The notes under the pieces: model-generated
What the model was told of the DNA's origin: nothing
The model's database searches: none
The model's input: only the letters and a program-made list of their open reading frames with translations
DNA from: Octopus bimaculoides
Lineage: Eukaryota
Length of the DNA: 64,000 nt
Assembly (NCBI RefSeq): GCF_001194135.2
Contig: NC_068981.1
Location: 182,430,284-182,494,283 of the forward strand
Reading direction: 5' to 3'
Program-made: the position numbers and the translations under genes
Part shown: positions 1-12,959 of the stretch, in pieces
Layout of the letters: each line of letters starts with the position of its first letter
Position numbering within the stretch: the first letter of the stretch is position 1

Positions 1-2184
1 GGCACGATTTGAGTGTGATCGTTACCAGCGTTGCACTTGTGCCGGTGGCATGTGAACAGAACATTCGAGCGAGGTCGTTGCCAGCACTACTGGACTGACT
101 CCTGTGCAGGTGGCACATAAAAAACACCATTTGAGTGTGGCCGTTGCCAGTACCACCTGACTGGCCCTTGTGCCGGTGGCATGTAAAAGCACCTACTACA
201 CTCTCGGAGTGGTTGGCATTAGGAAGGGCATCCAGCTGTAGAAACTCTGCCAAATCAGATTGGAGCCTGGTGCAGCCATCTGGTTTGCCAGTCCTCAGTC
301 AAATCGTCCAACCCATGCTAGCATGGAAAGCGGACGTTAAATGATGATGATAATGATGATGATATAGTCCAATCCATGCCAGCTATGGAAAATAGACATT
401 AGATGATGATGGTGATATATAAATGTAGTATAGTTTCTGTGAAATATTGTCTCATATAAATATCTTTGATTATAGTTTTTTATACAGAGCACAGATAACT
501 AAATAAACACAAAGGACTAACACTTAGGTTCAGAATTTAAGACATGTCTGGCATGTCTTAAGTTGGAGCTTGATTTAATAATTTTTAAAGCATGCAAGTT
601 GTAACCATATTGCCTTTATTTCAGGAGACTGCTACTCTAAAATTAAAGATTTTAAACTAACTCTTATCGTTTGAAAGATGGTAGGAGATGAATATGAAGT
701 GGGGCTTATTGAAAGAAATTTTTCTGCTACATTATACACTAACACATAACATTCAAAAGAGCAGTCCATTTAGCTTTAAAATTCAGTGGTTATAATTACA
801 GTGAGCTGTGATTGATGGATGCTTTATTAGCTTTCAGTCATCATCGTTATTTAACATTCACGTTTCATGCTTGACCATGCTGGCATAGGCTGAAAGTTTG
901 ACAAGATCTGATAGGTCCAATGACTGCTTTATACTCCAGTTTCTATGACTGGAGGCCAACCCTAACAACAACGACTTCACAATATAGACTGGGTGCCTTT
1001 CTCATGCCACTAGTACTAGTGAGATCACCATGCAATGCACAAGACTATGAAACCTGAGGTGGAGAGGGTGGGGGGAGTCAGCTTTATGTTAGGAGATAAA
1101 GGGTTAAAGTATGAAAGAGATAGGGAGGCAAAATAGGTCCTTGTTATAGAGAAGCTACATAATTATTCACATTTAAAAGAGAGTGAGAATGATGAATAGG
1201 AACTTCATTATCATTATCATCATCATTTAATGTCCATTTTCCATGCTGGCATGGGTTGGACAGCCTGACAGGAACTGGCATGGCCTGGGGCCACATCACA
1301 TTCCATAGGCCATTTTGGCTGGGCTTCTACAGCTGGATGCCCTTCCTAACGCCACTCACTTTACAGAGTGTACTGGTTGCTCTCTATGTGACACCAGTGC
1401 CCACACCAATGCATTTTACGTGGCACGAGATAAACAGTGGTGAGTGCAAATCTTACCAGAGACCCAAATATATGGAAACCTGAAATTACTCAAACATATT
1501 ATTTATGAAACAATGTAAAGGCAGTTATCAGTACTGAATCTCAATGTATTATAAGACAATACTATTATAACTTGAAAATGAAGACATAAAATGTGCATAA
1601 ATCTATGTCAATGACGACAAAATATTCATGGACACAGAAGTTAAACCTATTTCAATATCACAAAGATCTATATGGTCGGTGCTTATCTTTAACTTCTAAA
1701 TCATTAGCAGGTATAAGATAAATCTCTTTGACTACAACATTAATCAGACAGAGATAGATTTTCCTGAGGAAGAAATTAAACTCAGCACTGCAAGCCATTT
1801 CATTAATTTTACAGTACAGTCATTCTCTACTATTTTGTACTATGCAACTAAGCTACTATGAAATAAGTAAATGGAGCCATTGAGAACTAAGACAATGCAG
1901 AGCTGCTGATATAATATGAAAGCCAAATCTAGTTGATTGATGTCATATGTGACTCATCCATCCATGATCTATGAACAGAGAAGACTATAAATATATTAAA
2001 TCTCATTCAAAAGACTCTATTGTATTTTCTCATTCATAACCGATATTAATTATCTACAGCATTAATATATTTGGAATAGACAATTTGGAGACATAAATGA
2101 GATACTGTATCAGTTAATTATAAGATAATTCCTTTCAAAGAAGCAAAATTAGGAATGCTGAGCAAGATGATAATTTGTGTTTAA

Positions 2185-2404
2185 CCCTTTAGCATTCAGA
2201 TTACTTTACCAAATGTAATGCCTATTTATTCACATTGCTTAAAATTAATCATGTATTATCTTGTAGCTTTGACATTTCAATGATGTGATTGTTTAGTTTT
2301 AAAATGACATTGCAGGATAGGTGTGAAAGACCAGATCTGCCCAATTTGAACATAAAGTATGCAGAATATATGGGCCTGATGTGGCTGGTTTAAATGCTAA
2401 AGAG
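2185..2404. mobile_element. piggyBac-type MITE (TTAA-flanked)
   Basis: TTAA|ccctttagcatt ... aatgctaaaagag|TTAA. Related copies lie near 33487-33705, 55652-56234 (gapped), 57848-58066 and a fragment near 31920. Confidence 0.72.
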
Positions 2405-2511
2405 TTAACAATGATAAAGAGTTGTTTGCAACAGAGTTTTATGTGATATGATTGAATAGCAGAATGTTTCTCTTTCCATTTTGTAATTACTTCATCTCAC
2501 AGTGCAGTTTT

Positions 2512-2895
2512 GTTGTTGTTGGCACTCCGTCACTTACGACAACGAGGGTTCCAGTTGATCCGATCAACGGAACAGCCTGCTCGTGAAATTAACGTGCAAG
2601 TGGCTGAGCACTCCACAGACATGTGTACCTTTAATGTAGTTCTCGGGGATATTCAGCGTGACACAGTGTGGCAAGATTGACCCTTTGAATTACAGGCACA
2701 ACAGAAACAGGAAGTAAGAGTGAGAGAAAGTTGTGGTGAAAGAGTACAGCAGAGTTCGCCACCATCCCCTGCCGGAGCCTCGTGGAGCTGTAGGTGTTTT
2801 CGCTCAATAAACACTCACAACGCCCGGTCTGGGAATCGAAACCACGATCCTATGACCGCGAGTCTGCTGCCCTAACCACTGGGCCATTGTGACTA
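2512..2895 (-). mobile_element. tRNA-derived SINE with (CAA)n tail
   Basis: Head aatggcccagtggttagggcagc...gtttcgattcccagacc. Same family as 63705-64000(+) and a decayed copy at 24405-24710(-). Confidence 0.82.
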
Positions 2896-4367
2896 CATGC
2901 GCAGTTACATACAGGATAAATACATAATGCACAAAAATGCTAAATAAAAGTTGAACAAATCTTTCTATTAGACACTTCAATTCCTGATTTTATATATTTG
3001 GCCTGGCCAATAAAGTCATACCCAAGACTAGGGACTTTAAACTGCCTGGTCCTTATGGGAATAACTTTCAGCTGAATCCAGTACTTGGGCTCTGGTTCAG
3101 GAGTTTCAGTATTTGGAGGAACATGGAATCACCTGCTTAGATGAACAGACAACAAACTGTCAACAACCAGGGTTAACCGTTCCAGTTATGAAACTATTGC
3201 TATCATCTTCATGATGTGTGCAGATGAAATATTTCAAGAACCCAGGCCAGACATTCCTGCCTCATTGCCAGGTCAGGACAGCTGGTATGGATGAGTTGCA
3301 TTGGTGTGAGCAAGTTATCTGACCAGATAATGATGATGAGTAAAGTCATAGCATGACATTAGAATGGTCACAGGCAAACTGCACATTAAAGAAAAATTAC
3401 CTTGAATTTTTTTTAGTAGTGCAGCTCACCTGATGACAAGTCATGTACCAAGCAACCTGCTTCTCAAAAAAGGTAGCCAATGCATTAGAGTATGCCTGTA
3501 ACCCTAACCCTAGTTTATTGAGGATTTTGCTAAACTAGTCAGCTTGTAAGACCTGTATCACCAAATTTTCGGTTCCAGAGATAGTTCTGAAAAATGTTAT
3601 TGATTTTGGGGACATATTTTTAAAGGTAAAATAACTTTCATAATACTAAAATACTGAAATCATAAAGTTGTGTCTATCTTTTTTAATGTTTGCTAGAAAG
3701 GAAAACATTTTGATTAGAAGTGACACACCTAATTACTGCTACTTCTTCATTAAATGACCGTTTTCCATGCTGGCATGGGTTGGACAGTTCAACAGGAGTT
3801 AGCAAGCAAGAGGACTGCACCACACTTTAATATCTGCTTTAGTAAAGTCTCTACAGTTGGTGTCCTTTGAGATAATGATGATGTTTATTAGGTGTTCACT
3901 TCTCTATGTAAGAGCATATGACAAGCGTATACTGGACCTGAATGGAGTCTGTAGAGATACAAAAGAAGTACACTTCTTGATCTTATGCTCTAATTAGCTT
4001 TGATTGTCATCCAAAATAGATGTCACAGTGATTGTATGTTTTCAGACACATAACAGATGCAAACTATTGCAGAGAGAAGTAACCCAGAACAAATAAAATA
4101 ACAAGGAAGAAATTATGTTACCTTTTTTCTCAAATTTTGTGAACCCAATACCATTTTCATTTACATGAAGCATAATGTATGCAAAACTGTACCAGTTCTC
4201 GTTTGATGCTTGTATCTTTCTAGAACAGAAACAGTGATAAAGATAATTAAGCCAACTCTTTCATAATTAACTCGTTATTGATTTTTTATTAATTAGCCAA
4301 CATACTGTTAGGAGAATAGGAATGTCTAGAATAATGAATGGTCAGTGGCTTCAGTAAACAAAGCCCG

Positions 4368-4470
4368 AGGTGATGAGTAGAGGTAAGAGAGATGATGAGT
4401 AGAGGTAAGAGAGGTGATGAGTAGAGGTAAAAGATAGTGAGTAGAGGTGAGAGAGGTGATGAGTAGAGGC
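4368..4470. repeat. 22-bp minisatellite, about 4.5 copies
   Basis: Unit GAGGTGATGAGTAGAGGTAAGA, adjoining the RTE fragment. Confidence 0.85.
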
Positions 4471-4479
4471 ATTGATTGC

Positions 4480-4925
4480 AATCAGACGATGGTCACCTAG
4501 ATAGTGGAAGCTATCAACTACTTCTAGTTTTTCTCCCTGGAATGTGGCAGGAGTTGTTCTCTGCACATTTTCAGTGTTTATTGCTCCTGAGCATCTGCCA
4601 CATACAAAAAATTTTTTGCTAGTTAGCCGTCCTTTGATATTGATGCACCTCTTATGTGTCCATAGCTTACACTAGGTACATCTTATGGAGTTTCTACCTA
4701 TGCCTTTTCTACAGATTGAGCAGGGCCATCTACCTGAAGGGGTTTGTGCTTTGTCTACCTTCCTACTTATTAGGACTTTGGTTTTAGCTAGGTTGACTCA
4801 AAGGCCCTTCGATTCTAGTCCTTGCTTCCACACCTGAAAATTCTCCTCTAGTTCTGATAGCGACTCAGTAATTAGAGCAAGGTCATCAACATAGAGGAGC
4901 TCACACACAGTAATCACTCAGCATG
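4480..4925 (-). mobile_element. RTE-clade LINE RT fragment
   Basis: Minus-strand translation includes ELLYVDDLAL, GLRVNLAKTKVL and LEVVDSFHYLGD. Confidence 0.8.
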
Positions 4926-7900
4926 TCGCGGTTCACCTATTGCACACTCAGTACATTGTGAATTTTTCTGGTTAACTTATGTAAATTTATATTGTGGACT
5001 CCTCAGTATATCAGGGTTTCTGTGGCTGATAGGTATTTATATTTTTTTTAGATTCTAATTATTTCTGTGGGAAGTTTTGGAACGTAACATCAGTGATAGT
5101 CAAGGGATTACTGTATATGTGTGTGGATTTATTAGATAATAAAACGTATGGTGTGTACCTGGTAGCTTACTGGTAAACCATGTTCACTTTCACAGTGTTT
5201 GTTGTGTATTTGGTTAGTGAGGGAAAATGGAAGATACAAGAATTTTTATTATTATTGATCTTCTGTATAAATGAAGTTATATCCTATAATTTGCTGCTTT
5301 TCTTTACACGAACTGAGAAGATACTGTGCAGAACTGTCGTTACATTACCCAAAGAGACACATCTACACCGATAGACACTCCTAAACCAGTTGCTAAGTAT
5401 CCCATCCATGAGGGATCGAAACGATTGTAGTGACTGTTAAAAATTCTTGTATCTTTCATCTCTCTCATTAACCCAATACACACACAATATTATGATAATG
5501 ACTAACAGAAAACTGGTTAGAGAAAGTAGTGTTACTTCTGGTGTAAATAATTTAAATTACGAAAACTTATTTAGTACTTGTTTCTGTATTCAATAAATCA
5601 AACATAATTATAAGACTTCATATTTAAAACTTCAGTTTGTATGCCGTAAATATTTTATTCATTTTGAAGCACAACGTATAAGAACCATTTCTATAGGCTC
5701 GTATTTTTATATTTTCTCAAGTCTAAAAGAAACACACTCCCTCTTTTTCTAAACATGTCTATGCAAGAAATAGTTCGTATGCATGTTAGGATTGCTTGAG
5801 AATGTCTCTGCAGGTTTGAGTGTGAGTTATAAAGACTTTGTCTTTTTTTTTTTAAATACAAGCATATAAAAATGTTATGCTGAAAACAAAACAAAACGAA
5901 ATAAAAAATAAATCAAACAATCGCTTCTGTAATCAAATAAAAAAAAAAGTATTATCTGAAATGTTACGATACATAAAACTTTATTTGCCATCATACAAAG
6001 GTATTTCAAGTTCAAAGATGGGTTTAAAGTGCCAGTTCTTTAATAACGACAATTCTATGGGAGCGTATGAACAAACTTCCAGTTGGGTATCACAAACAAC
6101 ATTCCCATATGATATGGTACCATTTTGGAGCAACGGCAATACAGAATCAAGGGTTCTGTCGAAAAACGCAATGTAACGTCTACAGCAGATATGAACTCCG
6201 GTTCTAAACCAACAGGTAGTCAAATATATCTTTGGCCGGCTTGCTTCTGAGGTCCTTTATGTTAGTGGAGGGAGCGTTTATTTTCTGAGTTGATTATTGC
6301 CTTGTCAACTGGGACCACACTAATCCCCTTGAAAGCTCTCAGAAGGCACATCCTTACAGTTTATTTTTCAATTTGCTTATTCTATTTTTTTTTTCTTTCT
6401 TTTTTTGATAAAAGATTTTATAACAGAATAATATAGAAGACGATAACGCCGTTAGTTGGAGAGGCTAGGGAGGTAAAGGAGGAGTATGAAAGACTGTGAA
6501 TGAATAAATTAAAGGAAATTAAGAGAGAGTGTTTGAATGAATGATAATAAAATACAGCAAGCGGGGAGAAAAATTTATTAATTTATTTTGTAGAATCTAA
6601 ATCTTAAGTTCAAAACATAAAAATAGTGGGGGTGAGCCAGAATATATGGTCAATTGATTGAACCTCTTCATTACTATTTGTTTTATCGACTCCTTAGGTG
6701 ATCAAAGTCCAACCCTATTCGCATTCGATTTGATAACACAAACTATCACAGCAGACTCTCTCTCTCTCTCTCTCTATGCTTCCACACATGTATTGATTTA
6801 TTTTTGCTTAAGCAAACGGACTTAATGGGAATGGCTATATTTAACTTGAGTGAACCCCAGTATATTTCTGACATTTGTTTTAACAGTTGCAGACAGAATG
6901 CAAAGTCGACTCTGTCAGAATTTAAGCCCAGATCTGTGAGGCACAAAATTTTGATGCTGCTAAGAACCTACAAGCTACAACGCACTCTGTTTGCGCCAAA
7001 TTTTCATACAATCTAACTGATTCTTAAAAGATCGCCAAAATGATATACAGTGAAAGAAAAATAAGAAACAAGCAAAACATGTAGATATAGAAACATTTAA
7101 AAGAATTCTGTACTTAGTCTTTGGTGTGAGTGTCTTGTTCTGAGTCACAACTTCCTTTACTTTATTTCTTAATATTTTCCTTTCTTTCTTTTGGTCTCAG
7201 CTAATGCACATACCACCGACAGATGCGAAAGACATGTTGTTATGGCAGTGTTGTCACGATACGAACTTAATAAAACTTTTTCCGGTGTAACGGATTCATT
7301 TCTTTTGAAAGTAGTATAATAATTTTACAATATTTAAACTACTATATGTATTTTCGTGTTTCGCTTTAAAACGCATATATTTTACTTTAAAAAATTATTT
7401 ATATATTTCATAACTTTGTTCTAATTATCATTATTATTCTCTTGTACTTTTTTTCCGTTGCTATAGAAATCGACTGCGGGATGACCTATAAACAGGTAAC
7501 TCTGCCCAATTAATATTAATTGCTCTTAGGATGTTAAGCTATCGGTTATATCTGGCGTAGCTAAAAGCTTCCTTTCATTTCTATTTTGAATATCAGTGAG
7601 TATTGATTTTGCTATGATTATTAGTTTCCATTTCACATACAGACAAATGTTATATGTTTTGTTAAACAAACAGGAAAAAAAGCACTCAGTTAATATGGAA
7701 TAGTTTTATTTATTTGTCCGCAGCTGATGATACACTCCACCGTCTCTCAGAGTTTTTCTCTTCGCCTGCGATCTTTTTTGGCCCTTAGAATCGATCGCAC
7801 GATAGCGACCGAATGAATGAATCCTCGACCTCCGATGAATACTCACGCACACACACACATACACACACACACGCGCGCACACGAAGTTTTGGGTGTAACA

Positions 7901-8584
7901 AACAGAGCAGAGTTATCAATACATGTAGCAAAGTTTATTTATGAAATTGTTTTGCAAGATTCCTGAAATCGTGGGGTGAAACAGATATTTTTATATTTCG
8001 GGACAGTCACTTTTTTCTTGCCAAATAAACACTTGTTTATTATTGTTCTTATGTTATGTCCATTGTCTGGAAGTCTTTCGTCACACACCTGTGACCTCTT
8101 CAGCGACTCTCCATCCCGCGTGTCTCCCCCTGTTCTGTTTAGTCCATTCTGTCTTTCTATGGTGTGTTTATATATCTGCACAAGCGTTTGCGCGCCCACG
8201 CGTGTGTATGTATCGCTATGTGTTTTGTATGTGTGTTTTGTGTATATGTATGAGTTTGCTTACCATACTGTTGTTTCCATGCCTTTTATTTATTTATTTA
8301 TTTATTTATTTCTCTATTTTCCCCGCCGTTTCATCTTAAGCATGTGTATGTGTGTCGTTTGTTTTCGTCTATATGGGCTTATGTATTATCCTGTTTGTAT
8401 CTGTCTAATCTCCCCACACCATTCTGTCTTTAGTTGTCATGTTCCAGACAATGGACATAAAATAACGACGATGATAAACAAGTGAATAATAAATATATAC
8501 TGTGTGTGTTTGGCAAGAAAAAAAAATGGCCATCCCAATATATAACAATATGAATTGATACAAAATAAATAGGTATATAGGCGT

Positions 8585-8736
8585 AGGAGTGGCTGTGTGG
8601 TAAGTAGCTTGCTTACCAACCACATGGTTCTGGGTTCAGTCCCATTGCATGGCACCTTGGGCAAGTGTCTTCTACTATAGCCTCGGGCCAACCAAAACCT
8701 TGTGAGTGAATTTGGTAGACGGAAACTGAAAGAAGC

Positions 8737-8776
<40 letters not shown>

Positions 8777-8988
8777 NNNNNNNNNNTGTGTTTGTCCCCC
8801 CAACATCGCTTGACAACCGATGCTGGTGTGTTTACATCCCCGTAACTTAGCGGTTCAGCAAAAGAGACCAATAGAATAAGTATTAGGTTTACAAAGAATA
8901 AGTCCTGGGGTCGATTTGCTCGACTAAAGGTGGTGCTCCAGCATGGCCGCAGTCAAATGACTGAAACAAGTAAAAGAGTAAAAGAGTA
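8585..8988 (+). mobile_element. tRNA-derived CORE-like SINE (octopus OR-type), full length
   Basis: tRNA-like head (gtggctgtgtggtaag / gggttcagtccc), central ggcaccttgggcaagtgtcttc, internal (TA)n, (AAAAGAGT)n tail. Many copies: about 10975-11446(+), 20875-21260(+), 22328-22745(+), 27020-27230(-), 32555-32935(-), 34730-35115(-), 36420-36820(+), 39950-40625(-), 41640-41800(-), 48835-49250(-), 51510-51680(-), 55185-55570(+). The family name is from memory. Confidence 0.85.
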
Positions 8989-11924
8989 AGGTATGCTTTC
9001 ATTCTGGCTATCTAAATCTTCTTATGCATTCTATGTCTGTCTTTAGTAACTGTTGTGACACCTTTAACAAATTCACCCCCTTTTAGTATGCTGGGTGCAA
9101 AGTTCATCTTTGTCCTTCTGGCTTCTAATATCAAACTACTAAGCCACATTAATTGCATGGATATGCAATGGGTCTAATATTTATGTTAACACTTTTAATA
9201 TTAATAATAGATCACTCTTTCATAATGAAATGAGAAACTTTTTCAGGGATGACTTCTGCACGAGGCACATATATTTAAATGGAGGCTAATGTATTTAATG
9301 TAATCGATTCATTAAAAATTAGTTTTAATTAATTAAAACCACACATGCAGAAAAGGGGGGAAAAAATCATTGCCTTCGTGATAATTTGTGTCAAGAAAGG
9401 CAAGGGAGCTAACTTTAAAATCAAGACTACTTAAAATTTGAATGGTAGTATGATGTTGAGAGCAAGTCAGAATTTTGGTGGATGTGGTGACAACTGTTGA
9501 CATGTTTCCGTATGATTAAACCTGCTCCGTAAAGCATGATCTTACTCATTGAGAGTAACTATTGGTTAATCTGACAGGGAAGAATTGATAATATTTGGGC
9601 CTCAAAATAATTAATCTTCAGTGCAGGTAAACACTTCATCAATAATTTGGTGTCTTCCTTTGCTGATATATTCAAAGGAGAGACTGTATTTTATTAAATA
9701 CAAGTTTCAACAAAGAATTTAAAGCACTTTTTTTTCTTTTTTGATTATGTAAATATTTCAGGTGTTATTTTCAGTCAAATTAATCTCAAAATCATCATTA
9801 TTATTTTTTTTTTAAAAAGAATAGGAGGGAGTGGAGTAAACGAGCCTTATTGCAGATATCATAAACATATCCCATGAATCTCTCCAACTAATCTTAAATG
9901 AACTGCAGCTTCTTTTCTTTTTTTTTTTTATATCAGTTTCCTCATGTAATTTATTTTTATTGACATAATGTTTGCTTGTTTAAAAAAATGAATGTTTCAC
10001 ACATTGGCAATTTCAAATGTTTAATTCTCAGTTATTACGGTGTTCATCTCTAAAAGATAAAATTTTATATCCATTCAGTATGAATTGCAAATTAAATCAA
10101 ATCTCTATGATAATTTTTCAGTCACTAGAGCATCCAAGCCATCAATAATGATGGCAGGTGTTTTACTAAACTTTTTAAAATTTACAACATTTTGGCCTGT
10201 CACCATCATCATTGTCATCATCATCATCATCATTATCATCATCATCATTTAATGTTCATGTTGTAGAAGTGCATGGCTTAATGGTTAGAGTGTTTGACTC
10301 ATGGTCATAGGATTGTGGTTTCAATTCCTGGACAGGGTGACGTGTTGTGTTCTTGGGAAAAACACTTCATTTCACGTTGCTCCAGTCCACTCAGCTGGCA
10401 AAAATGAATAATCCTGTAACTGACCAGTGTGTCATCCAGATGGAGAATTTATATGCCATGGAAACCAGGAAAGCAGCCCTATGAGTCTGTATGACTTGGG
10501 AAGGAACTTAAAACTTAAAAAAAGGTTCGTGCTTCATGCTGGTATGGGGTGGATTTTGACAAGGATCCACTGAGTCAAAGGACCACATCATGCTCCAGTG
10601 TCTGTTTTGGCATGGTTTCTATGACTGGATGTCTCTCCTAAAACCAACCACTTTACAGTGTGTACTGGGCCCTTTTTACATGACACCAGCGCTTTTGAGG
10701 TCACCATGTAGCTTGCAAGTCAACAAACCCACAAAGGGAAGGTGCTGCATCTGTATGTTAGGATGGGGGTTGAGCAAGTTGTTGTTGTAGAGGAGCTTCA
10801 TGGCTACTCACATTTAGTAGAATGAATTAGAAGCATCTTCAAGGAGATAGGCAGTGGTGATGAGGTGTCCAGGTGACACCTCAGGTAGCAGGAGCAGCAG
10901 TGAGGGAAGTGGGGGTTTCAAGAGGGTATAGGGAAAAGGGAGAGGGAGATAGGCAATATCTGTAAAGATTGGTGAAGTGGCTGTGTGGTAAGTAGCTTGC
11001 TTACCAACCACATGGTTCTGGGTTCAGTCCCACTGCGTGACACCTTGGGCAAGTGTCTTCTACTATAGCCTCGGGCCGACCAAATCCTTGTGAGTGGANN
11101 NNNNNNNNACCTTGGGCAAGTGTCTTCTACTATAGCCTCGGGCCGACCAAATCCTTGTGAGTGGATTTGATAGACAGAAACTGAAAGAAGCCTGTCGTAT
11201 ATATGTGTATATATATATATGTATGTGTGTGTGTATATTTGCATGTCTGTGTTTGCACCCGCCCCCACATCGCTTGACAACCGATGCTGGTGTGTTTCGA
11301 TCCCCGTAACTTAGCGGTTCAGCAAAAGAGACCGATAGAATAAGTACTAGGCTTACAAAGAATAAGTCCTGGGGTCGATTTGCTCGACTAAAGGCAGTGC
11401 TCCAGCATGTCCACAATCAAATTACTGAAACGAGTAAAAGAGTAAAGAACCATCTTCAAAATTTCGACAAATCACAAAATTAAAAACCTGGGTTAGAATG
11501 GGTTAAGGGGTACAATGTGCATGAATTAAGGAGGCTACAGTGATGCTGGCAGCAGGGCAGTAATGATGATATCATTAACAGTTGGGAGAGGAGAGATGAT
11601 GTGTTTGGGTAGGTTGCAGGAGAGGAGTAGAGTGATGAACAGGCCTAGTGTATGAGGAAAGATAATTTGGTGGTCTGGGAAGAGGATGATGGCAACTGTA
11701 ACATGTGGGTGTGGAGAACAATATTAATGGATGAAGAATGGCCAACAAGTGAGTGAGATGGTTTTGGGCAGCAAGAGAGAAAAATGGTATTGGGATAGTG
11801 GGAAGAGCTGTAGTAGTGGTGGGAGGAAGGGTGACTTGAAGGTGGAGGACTGATTGAGCTGCTCTCTCTCACTCTCTCTCTCTCTCTCTCATACACACAC
11901 ACATACACAAAATATATATGTAAG

Positions 11925-12660
11925 CACTAAAAGCACAAGGGACTTAAACTCACTCAAATACCCAGGAGGCTCTCTTGAGGTAGTTGATAGTTTCTGCTAT
12001 TTAGGTGACCAAATTAGTAACATTGGTGGATACTCTGAAAGTATTGTTTCTACAGGGTGTCCACAAAGTCTGGGTACAGGGAGTAAATAAAATCATAATA
12101 TAAACAATTAAATATAAGAAATAATAATTTCTTAAAGTATGTGTTAATCTCTATGTACCCAGACTTTGTGGACACCCTGTAGAATAAGAAAAGAATGGAG
12201 GAAGTTCAGAGAACTTCTCCTTCTGTTGGCAACAAAGGGACTCTCTCTCAGAGTGAAAGGTAGAGTGTATGATGCTTGTGTGAGAATGGCTATATTACAT
12301 GGTAGTGAGACATGGGCTTTGACTGGAGAGGAATGAAGGTAGTATGCTCCATTGGATTTGCAACGTCAGTATGTATGACCAGCAAATCACAACTGTGTTG
12401 AGAGAAAAGCTAGGCATAAGAGCAATTAAATGTGGCATGCAGGAGAGGAGATTGCATGTGATGCGTGAGTGAAGACAGCTGTATACAGAAGTGCCAGTCA
12501 CTGAAAGTGGATAGTACCTATGGAAGAGGGAGACCCAGGAAGACATGGGATGAAGTGTTGAGGACCGATCTTAAGATGTTGAGGCTCATGGAGGAAATGA
12601 CAATGGACCAAGATGTTTGGTGATATAAGGTTCTTAAGAAGACCCACCCATATCAGTGAA
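11925..12660 (+). mobile_element. RTE-clade LINE ORF2 3' fragment (interrupted by a MITE)
   Basis: LEVVDSFCYLGDQIS...ESIVS[MITE]RIRKEWRKFRELL...KGRVYDACVRMAILHGSETWAL, typical of the RTE RT C-terminus. Confidence 0.82.
12053..12179. mobile_element. Tc1/mariner-type MITE inserted in an RTE LINE
   Basis: Perfect 26-bp TIR cagggtgtccacaaagtctgggtaca / tgtacccagactttgtggacaccctg, flanked by TA on both sides. Confidence 0.9.
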
Positions 12661-12959
12661 ACTGAGTGCTAGAAGAGTTGTGTCCCACCCACATGTAACA
12701 GCAAACTTTTCACATAAGCTACTCCAAGAAACCAAACTACATTTCCTCTTCTAAACTGCATCTTTCTCTTCCTCACATTTCCTCTTCATAAACTATGATT
12801 GTCTTCCAATCCTCTTTCCCACCCCCAGTGCCCTGATCACTGTATTGCTGCATTCCACATCTCCCACCCCCATTTTTCTACCTAGGTTTTCACCAGTCAC
12901 TGCAATCCCTAATTCTTACTTGTGCCTTCTTGGCAACACCTGACCATATATATCACAAC

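Noticed and set aside
3040-3320. Possible very old LINE RT remnant (VQEFQYL-like)
   Set aside because: Too degraded to support a call by eye.
5877-6223. Overlapping ORFs on both strands (99 aa + and 80 aa -)
   Set aside because: No recognisable domain and no convincing splice context for either full ORF.
7724-7730. Other CTGAnGA hits (7724, 14575 minus, 42744, 46813, 57285, 63574)
   Set aside because: No GAAA/UH partners with complementary helices nearby; expected chance matches.
7976-8485. 169-aa hydrophobic ORF (also 34148-34639)
   Set aside because: Low-complexity (TG)n/(TTTA)n-driven composition with no family motif.
8405-8816. Recurrent ORFs such as MVGKQATYHTAT..., MARGYSRRHLPK..., ...DGLLSVSVYQIHSQGFG...
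   Set aside because: They are chance translations of the abundant CORE-like SINE, repeated wherever the SINE occurs; not genes.
11041-11166. Exact tandem duplication either side of a 10-N gap (also 27077-27168)
   Set aside because: Typical unmerged contig overlap in the scaffold; not biological evidence.
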